Part shown: piece by piece, positions 55,346-64,000 of the stretch
Position numbering within the stretch: position 1 is the first letter of the stretch
Layout: the number at the start of each line of letters is the position of its first letter
Assembly: GCA_963815095.1 (NCBI GenBank)
Contig: CAWFFH010000003.1
Span: 1,280,001 to 1,344,000 of the forward strand
DNA from: Candidatus Bathyarchaeota archaeon
GTDB lineage: Archaea; Thermoproteota; Bathyarchaeia; Bathyarchaeales; Bathycorpusculaceae
Reading direction: 5' to 3'
Length of the DNA stretch: 64,000 nt
Position numbers and translations under genes: made by a program
The notes under the pieces: model-generated
What the model was told of the DNA's origin: nothing
The model's input: only the letters and a program-made list of their open reading frames with translations
The model's database searches: none

Positions 55346-55513
55346 GAGAGGCCAGACTTCAATGAAAGAAATTGGTTTTTGGCGGAAAAATACTCACCCT
55401 TAAGTGATACCTGCGCAAAAGAACTATATCCCAAAGCTCATTCACACTACGGTTGTAATACGCGTGAAAACATTTTTATCTTATTCATCGAAATAAAACA
55501 GAAAGTGAAAATA

Positions 55514-56059
55514 ATGATACCTAAACAAACAAACCCTGCAACCAAAACATCATCCATATTCAAAGCCTCGCCCGCCATTCGAACCGCACGATTAGCCATA
55601 TTCTCCGCTCTTAGTGTAGTCGGCTCACTCATCAAGATTCCAAGTCCAATCGGAAGCCTTGCTTTCGACTCATTTCCAGGCTTCTTTGTTGCCTTGTTGT
55701 TCGGACCAACTGAAGGCGCAATTGTAAGCGGATTGGGGCACTTGGCTACAGCCGCAACAAGCGGTTTTCCCCTGGGCGTTCTGCACATTCCAATTGCTGT
55801 CGGTATGGCATTAGCGGCAGCTGCAATCGGCTTTCTAAACAAAGTGCATAAGTCCTTGGGAGTTATACCTGCACTAGCCGCGGGCGTTGCAATTAACACT
55901 GTTTTGGTCTTTCCTCTCGTGCCCTGGCTTGCCGAGGACATAAATATAGGCTGGTTAATCGCATTTGGATACGCGCCATTTCTTGTAGTTGCCGCAACAT
56001 TAAATGCCGTCCTCGCAGGCATCATCTACCTTGCAGTTAGAAGGAAATTGAAGATTTGA
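55514..56059 (+). CDS. cblT: ECF transporter S component, alpha-ribazole transporter CblT-like
   Basis: IKIPSPIGSLAFDSFPGF...LGHLATA..SGFPL..H pattern recalled from CblT; coupled to cblS; probable start 55514. Confidence 0.75.
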   Translation: MIPKQTNPATKTSSIFKASPAIRTARLAIFSALSVVGSLIKIPSPIGSLAFDSFPGFFVALLFGPTEGAIVSGLGHLATAATSGFPLGVLHIPIAVGMALAAAAIGFLNKVHKSLGVIPALAAGVAINTVLVFPLVPWLAEDINIGWLIAFGYAPFLVVAATLNAVLAGIIYLAVRRKLKI

Positions 56060-56832
56060 CCAAAAATATCACACCGACCCTTTCTCAAATCAAAACCAAC
56101 AGGGACATTCTTCTTTTTGAGTTTGCACACGACGAAGTCCTTGTTGTAGCTTGCGACTCCGCTGGCGGCATAGGTCCAAGTCCGCTGGACAAGATAAAGG
56201 TGGATGGTTTCACTTTAGGAAAATTTACTGCCAGAACAGCTCTATTGGAAGTACTCGCTGTCAACGCCATGCCTTTCTGCATCGTCGATGCTTTGAGTGT
56301 AGCGCTCGATCCATCGGGCGCTGCCATTCTAAGCGGAATCAGAGCTGAAGCCGAAAAAGCAGGCTTGGATCCTAACCTCGCGGTGACGGGAAGCACAGAA
56401 AAAAACATAATCGTAGAGCAAACAGGCCTCGGTGTTACCGTCATCGGAATTTGCAGAAAAGGGCAATTGAAAATTGGCACCGCTCTTCCAGGCGATGTGG
56501 TTGTGGCAGTCGGCATCCCGTCAGTTGGGAACGAAGTTCTTCCAGCTGAGAAGGTAGGAAACATAGTAGGTTCCACGGACATACTTAAGCTCAGAGAATT
56601 GCCTTATGTTCATGAAGTGATTCCTGTGGGTTCAACGGGGATAGCTCATGAGCTAAAGATACTCGCCGAGAGTTCTAAGTTGAATTATACTGTTGCTAAA
56701 CAGCAGAAAGTGAACGTTCGCAAGTCGGCGGGTCCTGCGACAGTGGCTTTAGTGTGCCTTCCTGAAAGCGATCTTGCAAATCTAATGCGTATAGTCAATA
56801 AGCCTGTTAGTATCATTGGTCATTTGCATTAA
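56056..56832 (+). CDS. cblS: Alpha-ribazole kinase CblS-like (PurM/AIR synthase-related fold)
   Basis: RD..., LVVACDSAGGIG, FTARTALLEVL, TGSTEKN, QTGLGVTVIG, EVIPVGSTGI, KSAGPAT. Confidence 0.75.
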   Translation: MTKNITPTLSQIKTNRDILLFEFAHDEVLVVACDSAGGIGPSPLDKIKVDGFTLGKFTARTALLEVLAVNAMPFCIVDALSVALDPSGAAILSGIRAEAEKAGLDPNLAVTGSTEKNIIVEQTGLGVTVIGICRKGQLKIGTALPGDVVVAVGIPSVGNEVLPAEKVGNIVGSTDILKLRELPYVHEVIPVGSTGIAHELKILAESSKLNYTVAKQQKVNVRKSAGPATVALVCLPESDLANLMRIVNKPVSIIGHLH

Positions 56833-57050
56833 GTTACCCAAGAAAAATGTCAAGCCATGTACTATCCTAAGGTAAGGCAAAAATAATCCTGCATGAAAGC
56901 CGTTAATTAGTTCTTAAGAAGATTAATCAGTTGTGATGACTTCTTGATATTTGAAGGTTAATGAGTCGTTTTTATAAGCCGATGCTTGCCAAACCTATTT
57001 CTAAGCCTTTTTCTGGCGAATGATTGGATTTTTGAAATGAAGCGGGCTGG

Positions 57051-57278
57051 TTAAGTCTCTGTGGTTTTTCCGCTAATGCAATAATATGTTTGCTTTAGTC
57101 CGTATTTGGTGGCGACTGGACATGCAAGGCAAGGGCAAGAAACACTTTTTACTGGTTCTTTCGCTTTTCCTCTGGCACAGAAAAGTGTTCCAGTTAGATT
57201 AGAGTTTATGTAGGTTGGACAGGATGGGCATATGCAGCTTTTTTGGTTTTCTTCATTATCCGGTATTGAAATTGTCAT
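57051..57278 (-). CDS. DUF2769-like Cys-rich protein
   Basis: CICPSCPTY, LFCARGK, CPCLACPV, YYCISG. Confidence 0.8.
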   Translation of the reverse strand: MTISIPDNEENQKSCICPSCPTYINSNLTGTLFCARGKAKEPVKSVSCPCLACPVATKYGLKQTYYCISGKTTET

Positions 57279-57306
57279 GTTAATCTCTCAAGTTTCTCTT
57301 TTTTTG

Positions 57307-57651
57307 TTATGAACACTCTCTGAATGTGTAGCCGCAGTTTGTACATCTTAGAAATTGAGTGGATGATTCATCGGCGCCTCTTGTCTGGACCTGCCAAGCA
57401 TAAGCATTGTTGTTCCCACACCTTAAACATGTAAACCTAATGGTTGGAAGAGTGCTAAGCTGTTTTTCTTTGTCTATTACTGAAACCATTTGTTTAGGAT
57501 TATGGGTTATAATTTTGCTATTGATTTTGGTTTCATTTGACTGGCTTGTTCTTTCTCCGCACTTATTGCAGGCTAGCACTAGCATTGTTTGTTTTCCTGA
57601 TTTGATCTTTTTGGGTTCAAGACGGGATCCGCATTCTTTACAAAAATCCAT
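57307..57651 (-). CDS. tfs: Transcription factor S (TFS/RpoM)
   Basis: FCKECGS...CNKCG and CLRCG...QTRGADE...CTNCG with the catalytic DE pair. Confidence 0.92.
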   Translation of the reverse strand: MDFCKECGSRLEPKKIKSGKQTMLVLACNKCGERTSQSNETKINSKIITHNPKQMVSVIDKEKQLSTLPTIRFTCLRCGNNNAYAWQVQTRGADESSTQFLRCTNCGYTFRECS

Positions 57652-57777
57652 TCAACCAACTCCTTTGATCTGAAATTGTCCTCGATTCATGGCATAAGGC
57701 TCATTGAAGAATAAGAAACAATGTGATAGTTATTGCACAACAACACAGCCTTAATTATTATATCGAGATAGATGCAA

Positions 57778-57852
57778 CTCTCAACTTACTCCCCCAGCCT
57801 CTGCAAGAGATCAAAGACTTCATAGAAGAATCAGCAAAGCAATGCAACAAAA
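57778..57852 (+). pseudogene. Orphan 3' tail homologous to 55261-55337
   Basis: ctctcaacttactcccccagcct-ctgcaagagatcaaagacttcatagaagaa versus ctttcaacttacgctcccaacctactccaagagatcaaaaacttcacgagaagag; both read LSTY.P.L.QEIK.F.EES.K.CNK. Confidence 0.65.
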
Positions 57853-58245
57853 CTGGAAGATATTCCGCTCAGCATAGCGAATCTGGAAGCGAAAGCGTTT
57901 CAGAGTCTCTATACATTCTCCTCTAAATAAAAATACTTCTCTTGCGCATAAGCAAGGGCCAACTCAGTATCGAGTATAATCTCTTTAAAGCATCTTCTCT
58001 CCCTAAAGACTCTGTCTTTGCAATTCCTTATCAAGACTCCACCGAGAGATTATTAATGCAGCAGTTAAATTAGGGCTGTAACTCTTTTTCCATATTCTTG
58101 CTAAAAATTAATTTCAAAACTGAGTTTTTGAAGGTTAATTGTCGTCGCCAAAGTCATTTTTTGGCTAGAGTATAAATAGTAAAAAAACAGCTAATAGGCT
58201 ATACATATACAAAATGTATTAAAAATTCGGAGAAAAAAAGAACAA

Positions 58246-60819
58246 ATGTTAAAAAATAAAACTATGGCTATTTTGATTGCTTTGCTTCTAACAATTTCAA
58301 TGTCAACTTCAATGATGCTAGTACCGAATACTAGCGCGCACACACCTCCATGGATAATAACTCCAGTTGCTTATGCTTTTGCGACACCCACACCCATTGG
58401 TGTTGGTCAAACAGGCGAAATTTTCGGCTGGCTCAACTATGCAATCAGTGGAACATTAATCACAAATAACATCAGATTCCACAACTACCACTTTATCGTT
58501 ACAGCACCAGACGGCTCAGTAGAAACATTTGATTTCCCATATGTCTCTGACTCAACATCTGCACAAGCCTTCACTTATACACCAACACAAGCTGGAGTCT
58601 ACAACATTACTTTCCTCTTCCCAGGCCAAGTATACGATTTTGGTGGCGCGTATCAAGGTGACTACTATACACCTGCCAATGCATCATACTTGTGGACTGT
58701 ACAGGAAGAACCAGTAAGCTCCCTTCCCCAAAATCCGCTTCCCACTGAATACTGGGCTCGACCAATAAATCAAGAACAAAACATCTTAAACGCTTTCTCT
58801 ATCGGATCAAACTGGCTAGGTGGAAACGCACAATCTTCAGGCTTAATGTCATTACCCCAAAGCTATATACAATACAACGGTGCTCCCGTCATGACTCCAC
58901 ACATAATGTGGACCCAACCCATCGAATTCGGCGGCGCACTCGGCGGACAAATCCAACAACCGCAACAAACAGCTGATACTCCTGGCGCATACTACTCAGG
59001 CATGGCATACAACATTCGATTCGTGAACCCAATGATTGTCAACGGAATCCTCTATTACCAAAAACCCTTGGGGTATTCTGGTAGTGGTGGAGGCGAAGTT
59101 GCGGTAGATTTGCAGACTGGAGAAACAGTTTGGACAAATGACAATATTTATCCAACTTTCGCAACTATAATCAACTTCCAAACACCTAACGGCTACGGTC
59201 CCGGCGGCGCCCAATTATGGCAAGCTTCAGGCTCAACATGGTATGGCTATAATGCATTCGATGGGAAAAACGTGTTTAACATCACCAACGTTCCTTCAGG
59301 CACCACGGTAAGATTCAATGACGGCAACATAGGCATATACCAATTCAGTTACAGTACAACAACAAAAACTGGCTGGTTAGCTTTATGGAATGTGAGCAGA
59401 TTAATCAGCGGTAACTCAGATACTTGGTCAGGTCCTAACCGTTCTTTTGCTGGCAATTCAAGCACTGCTTACAGTTGGAACGTGACAATAACTGCAGATT
59501 TGACAGGCGATACTAACCCAACGATTATCGGTGTTGTTCCTGGTGCCCAAATACTGGGAGCAAGCAGCAGTCTCGCAACTACTTCGCAACCTAGACCTAA
59601 CGCTGATCCATGGACAATCTGGGCTTTAAGCGACAATCCAGCTACAGAAGGTAACCTCACTTGGATAAAGCATTATGCTGCGCCACCGTTCAACCAAACA
59701 CAAATGTTCGCCACACAACCAATTGATCCAACAACACTTACGTTCGCAATGACAATAGCAGAGACAGGTCAACGTTTAGGATACAGCCTTACCACTGGAG
59801 AAAAACTGTGGGGTCCACTCGGTGAACAACCAGGATTCCAATACTACAGTTCACGTGAAGGTGTTCCATATAATGGACTCTTGTACGTGTCAGGTTTAGG
59901 TGGAGTAGTTCAAGCCTATTCGATGACTAACGGATCTTTGATATGGACATATGGCAACGGAGGCGTCCCAGGCAACACTACAGAAATGGCAAACAATGGA
60001 CCTTGGGGCTTATATCCAACCCACGTTGCAGTCTTCGCAGCTGGCGTGCTCTATACGTTCTCAGGTGAACACTCACCAACGAACCCATTGTACAATGGAG
60101 AATTGACACGTGCACTCAACGCAACTACTGGAGAAGAAATCTGGACACTGCTAGATTGGTCAGGTTGTGGACTTGGAAACTCGATGCAGTCTTTCCCTGT
60201 CGCTGATGGCTATGGAGTAATGTACAACTGCTATGACGGTCAAATATACGTCGTTGGAAAAGGACCCAGTCAAACTACTGTTACGGCACCTAATACTGCA
60301 GCAACTGTCGGTGCACCTATGGTGATAAGAGGTACAGTTACAGACATTTCAGTCGGCACAAAACAAACCCAACAATCTGCAAACTTCCCCAACGGTGTCC
60401 CAGTGGTTTCTGACGCAAACATGAGTCAGTTCATGGCAGCTGTCTATGAAGATCAACCGATGCCAAGCAATGTAATCGGAGTCCCAGTCTCAATCGGTGT
60501 ACTTGACTCTAATGGCAACTCAAGGGTAATCGGCACTGCTACTAGCGATTCAAGCGGTATGTTCTCTTTGACATGGATGCCAGATATTGCCGGTGATTAC
60601 AAGGTCTATGCAACATTTGCAGGCTCAAATGCTTACTTTGGATCTTCTGCTGAAACCTCATTGACCGCAACTAACGCACCAGCAACACAAACTCCAACCC
60701 CAAGCCCAATCCAATCAACAGCTGATCAATACTTCGTTCCAGCAATCGCAGGCATATTCGTTGCGTTGATAATCGTAATCATACTGAGTTCACTAGTACT
60801 GATGCGAAAACGCGCATAA
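58246..60819 (+). CDS. Secreted, C-terminally anchored PQQ-like beta-propeller protein (paralog 3)
   Basis: TSA|HTPPW; DLQTGETVW, LTTGEKLW, NATTGEEIW; GEHSP; YFVPAIAG-TM-RKRA. Confidence 0.88.
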   Translation: MLKNKTMAILIALLLTISMSTSMMLVPNTSAHTPPWIITPVAYAFATPTPIGVGQTGEIFGWLNYAISGTLITNNIRFHNYHFIVTAPDGSVETFDFPYVSDSTSAQAFTYTPTQAGVYNITFLFPGQVYDFGGAYQGDYYTPANASYLWTVQEEPVSSLPQNPLPTEYWARPINQEQNILNAFSIGSNWLGGNAQSSGLMSLPQSYIQYNGAPVMTPHIMWTQPIEFGGALGGQIQQPQQTADTPGAYYSGMAYNIRFVNPMIVNGILYYQKPLGYSGSGGGEVAVDLQTGETVWTNDNIYPTFATIINFQTPNGYGPGGAQLWQASGSTWYGYNAFDGKNVFNITNVPSGTTVRFNDGNIGIYQFSYSTTTKTGWLALWNVSRLISGNSDTWSGPNRSFAGNSSTAYSWNVTITADLTGDTNPTIIGVVPGAQILGASSSLATTSQPRPNADPWTIWALSDNPATEGNLTWIKHYAAPPFNQTQMFATQPIDPTTLTFAMTIAETGQRLGYSLTTGEKLWGPLGEQPGFQYYSSREGVPYNGLLYVSGLGGVVQAYSMTNGSLIWTYGNGGVPGNTTEMANNGPWGLYPTHVAVFAAGVLYTFSGEHSPTNPLYNGELTRALNATTGEEIWTLLDWSGCGLGNSMQSFPVADGYGVMYNCYDGQIYVVGKGPSQTTVTAPNTAATVGAPMVIRGTVTDISVGTKQTQQSANFPNGVPVVSDANMSQFMAAVYEDQPMPSNVIGVPVSIGVLDSNGNSRVIGTATSDSSGMFSLTWMPDIAGDYKVYATFAGSNAYFGSSAETSLTATNAPATQTPTPSPIQSTADQYFVPAIAGIFVALIIVIILSSLVLMRKRA

Positions 60820-60842
60820 ATAAAACAACAAACAACTTCCCC

Positions 60843-60859
60843 ATCCCTTTTTTTGGGAT
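60843..60859 (+). terminator. Oligo-T terminator ATCCC-T7-GGGAT
   Basis: TCCC-T7 core shared with the other two paralog terminators. Confidence 0.6.
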
Positions 60860-60989
60860 TAAAGAATTGCGTAAAATGAGGGCTGAGAAGGCTCTGGTTA
60901 AAATTCACAAAATAGCCAATAGAGAGTTTGCATTTTTTCTCTTCTCCAAATATTCCAGAGCCTCAGCAAACCTTAATGAAAAAAGCAAA

Positions 60990-61310
60990 TCAGAGGTATC
61001 GAAAGGAAACGCTGTTTTGCTTAAGAAGTTGTAGGCGTTTTCCTATTTCTGTTTTTATTTCATAATCGCTTTCTTTAGACAAAGCTTTGGATAATAGTTT
61101 TTTTGCTAAAGGTATGCTTTCTTCACCGAACATTTTTCTAAAAGTAGAGTGACCAGAATGCAATGACTGAGACAATGGCAATACACAAACAAAATTCATC
61201 GGGTACTCCTTGGATTTATCTGAGTCGACAACCACAAAATGTACTTCTGTTTTCGGGTAGTCAAGTCTTCCAACTTCTTTTTTAAATAGAATCAAATGCG
61301 GCTTCATCAA
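60990..61310 (-). CDS. Hypothetical protein
   Basis: Intact 106 aa ORF with protein-like composition; no family recognised. Confidence 0.6.
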   Translation of the reverse strand: MMKPHLILFKKEVGRLDYPKTEVHFVVVDSDKSKEYPMNFVCVLPLSQSLHSGHSTFRKMFGEESIPLAKKLLSKALSKESDYEIKTEIGKRLQLLKQNSVSFRYL

Positions 61311-61946
61311 ACTACTTCCGTTAAAAAGAATAACTTATGTTCGGTAATTGGAGCTTATTTTCTTAACGACACAATATGTGTCAATCAAAAAACATGAAAC
61401 ACTTCGTATTTAGACAGAAATGTGTAAACTCACCATCGTCCTAATGGTTAAGACAGCGAAATAGTCATGCTTTTTAAGAATTATTTATAAACTAAGATAA
61501 AAATGTGCCTTGGTTTTAGGGTTGAGAGACTTTATGCTAAGATGTGGATCCATGGCATGTCGATTAATAGCCAATCGACACCATCAAGTTCCTTGATGTC
61601 GCTATTTCGGGGAATTTAAGAATAACAGTTTTTTACATAGGACTGGAATGGTTACTTGTTATTTTAATTGTAGTCTACATCCTATCGAGGTTACTTCTGA
61701 AGTATTAGTTGATTTTACGCTATTCTGGGTAAAGACGCTGCAATTCTCGAAGCATCAGCTGAATTCTCTTCCTTTATCCTTAAGCGAAGTGTGGCTCCAA
61801 ACATTTCTAACTGGATTGTTGTGCAATGACATTTTGGTAGGCAGAAAGAAAGAGATAAGCGGAAAGTCTTATCATGTCACCTACAAGAATTAGTCTCGCG
61901 CGCTAATGCGAATGATCTCAAGAAAAATGGCGATTATAAAACCATA

Positions 61947-63228
61947 TCAAAATATTCGCGCTCTTTTAGCACTGATCTGGCTAACTGGTATTAATGGCAA
62001 AGAATATCTCAGGGCATCGACGGCATGGTCATGCTCTTTAACATCTTCTTTGTACTCTAACAATTCACTTATCAAATTTACACAACGCTTACTAACAAAT
62101 TGCCTTGGTTGCCCATCACCGCTCGGAGCCAAGCGGCTGCCAAGTTCACGTATCCCATCCTCACGCCTAAAAGTATACCGCTTCGCATTAATTCCTACCT
62201 GGCAAAGCTTACTAATCGCCTGCGGAAACCTTCCATCACAAAAAAACTCGCCCCTGCCCCATTCCTTTTGAATCTCCAATGCAGCTTCAGCCAGTTCTTC
62301 ATCGCTTGTCTCTGATTTATAAAATTCATCCACAACGTATCCCCGTCCATCTGGATCAAAAGCATTCGCAACTATAGCCGAGGGGTTGCTCCACCCAAAA
62401 TCGACGCCATAACTCATTTTATTAATCAAGCCCTTATCTGGCAATTCCTTAACATGTTTAGTGGTGTCAAAGGGAAATGATCCTGACGACACTGTTGCAA
62501 AGCGCCCATAGATGAATCGGTCTGCAAGACCTCCACTATGTGTCCTCTCAATTTCATCTATAAAGCTCTTGGGAAGCGTGGGGTTTTGGAATATACTCCA
62601 ACGATAAATTTTCATGTCCTTCGAAGCTTGCTGAGGATTCTCTGTAATATTGTACAATGCGCTCCCTGGAGAATCAGGTGTAGTTGTTAACCAAACCCCC
62701 GGCTCAATCGCAACACGGCACCGCCCAGACTTACGCAACCGCCGCACCACCGTTAACCAAGCAGCATCCAGATGCCTAACAAGCCTGGCCTCATCGATGT
62801 GTGCATAATCAATGTTTGGTCCCTCAGCGTTCTCAGCATCATCAAGAGAAACAAACCACCATTGTGAACCATTAAACCAATCCAAACGCAAATCGCCACG
62901 GTTGAAATTGGCGACATATGGGTTACTTGTAAACGGATAGCGGCAATCAAAAAAATCTTTGCTCTCAAGGGTTGGAAAAAGAATCCGCTTCATCATAGGA
63001 AAGCTCGGTTCGAATATGTATCCAACGCTACCGGGATAATCAAGCGCCCAACGTACATCCTCAAATAATCCTGCCTTAGTCTTACCTGCTCCAGTACCGC
63101 ATAGACATGCACGTTGACTAAAGATGCCCCTACCCGCATGAAAATCAAGCTGAGCAGGGATGCGGCGTGTAATAAAAGCGGTTAGGCAGCTGGTTTTTCA
63201 TCGGGTTCTCGTTTGGTATCTTCTTCAT
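61947..63228 (-). CDS. terL: Viral terminase large subunit, frameshift near 63157
   Basis: YTPHP/AQLDFH adenine-binding motif, Walker A GTGAGKT (in frame upstream of the listed ORF), Walker B AHIDEA, LTTTP, nuclease GVDFGWSNP and DHAVDALRY; start at 63228 or 63201. Confidence 0.9.
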
Positions 63229-63720
63229 TTTTCCCCTCACTCTTCAGGTTACTCTTAACCTGGGCTTCTTTCTCAGCTTTCTGTTTTTCAACTGAACTTC
63301 GATATGCCGCCATAATATCGGGGTTAGCCTCAAACGGCAACCTAACGCTGGTTGTTTGACTGACCTCTCGCGCTTGCCCACCCAGCTCCAAGATCGGTTA
63401 CCTAGATCTATCTGCACCTTCACAATAGCCAACGCAGCGGCTCGTGCTTGATGCTTATCCTTTTCATGTTTAGAACTAAGCAGCAACCTCCATGGCATCA
63501 CGATAAAGTATACTCAACTTCCCGGCACTTACAGGAGGGTTAAACTCAAATTTCAAAAAATTCCTCCCCCCATATGTCGATGTTTTTAAGTCCCTATGAA
63601 TCGCTTCTTTCACTGCGTTTGAACTCATCGCTGACATAAGCAACTACACTTGCTACACTATTGCACGTCGCCAAGCAAGGCTAAAGTTCTTCTTCGACGG
63701 TTGTACAATTTAATATTCAT
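63182..63720 (-). CDS. Putative terminase small subunit (HTH N-terminus), frameshifted
   Basis: MNIKLYNRRRRTLALLG...VSDEFKRSEK/AIHRDL HTH-like start, continued by ORFs 63244..63501 and 63182..63391; overlaps the terL start. Confidence 0.5.
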
Positions 63721-64000
63721 CTTCAATCAACAATTCCGAGTTTGCTCGATTCGCTTTTTAAATTTATCGATGCACTCGCCAAACTAAAGTCACTCAATCC
63801 TTAGCTGCCCAATCCCTCTACAATCACCATCTATGACCAACTGAAAATTTATCACATAAGGCGCAACCAAGGCCGCAAACTTGGGCTTGTAGCTTAACGC
63901 ATTTTTTCCCATGTTGAATGCATCCACATCGATTTTCACCAGAAGCTTGTGGCATTCACGGCGCACACCGGATCTTTTAGTGTTTGCCAACAGATGATTG

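Larger units (their letters stand above)
61947..64000 (-). mobile_element. Edge of a provirus or virus-derived element, continuing beyond the window
   Basis: terS-terL pair; no portal, capsid or integrase gene within the window. Confidence 0.6.

Noticed and set aside
54997-55513. Cobalamin riboswitch upstream of cblT
   Set aside because: No B12-box consensus recognised, and most of the interval is explained by a frameshifted gene.
61431-61500. tRNA gene
   Set aside because: Only a D-arm-like part is present; no anticodon arm, T-arm (GTTCRA) or acceptor complement follows.

Overview
Archaeal genomic DNA, most consistent with Bathyarchaeia. Support: Rpp21, YhbY, TFS, BRE/TATA promoters and paralogous PQQ-like beta-propeller surface proteins; the lineage is an inference, not a search result. 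About 1-23 kb is a nucleotide-sugar and surface-glycosylation cluster (gmd, DegT aminotransferase, galU, ugd, UDP-GlcA decarboxylase-like, wecB, flippase, rmlACBD) interrupted by two toxin-antitoxin (TA) pairs. About 24-40 kb is a second glycosylation/surface-protein island with many frameshifts, probably mostly long-read errors. It ends in a truncated solo (casposase-type) cas1, a pilin-like fragment and a poly-A/T junction at about 40.2 kb that appears to join two haplotypes. About 45-48.5 kb is a TA cluster. 49-61 kb holds three paralogous ~850-880 aa secreted, membrane-anchored beta-propeller proteins plus cblT-cblS and tfs. The right end carries a viral terminase small/large pair with no portal after it. 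Most interesting signals: (1) the beta-propeller genes share a modular unit of promoter, 5'-terminal stem-loop exactly 30 nt after the TATA box, predicted His1 mature N-terminus, variable core, conserved anchor and shared terminator; (2) many intergenic spaces are made of orphan gene 3' tails; (3) the solo cas1 at the island edge. No rRNA, complete tRNA or CRISPR array was seen.
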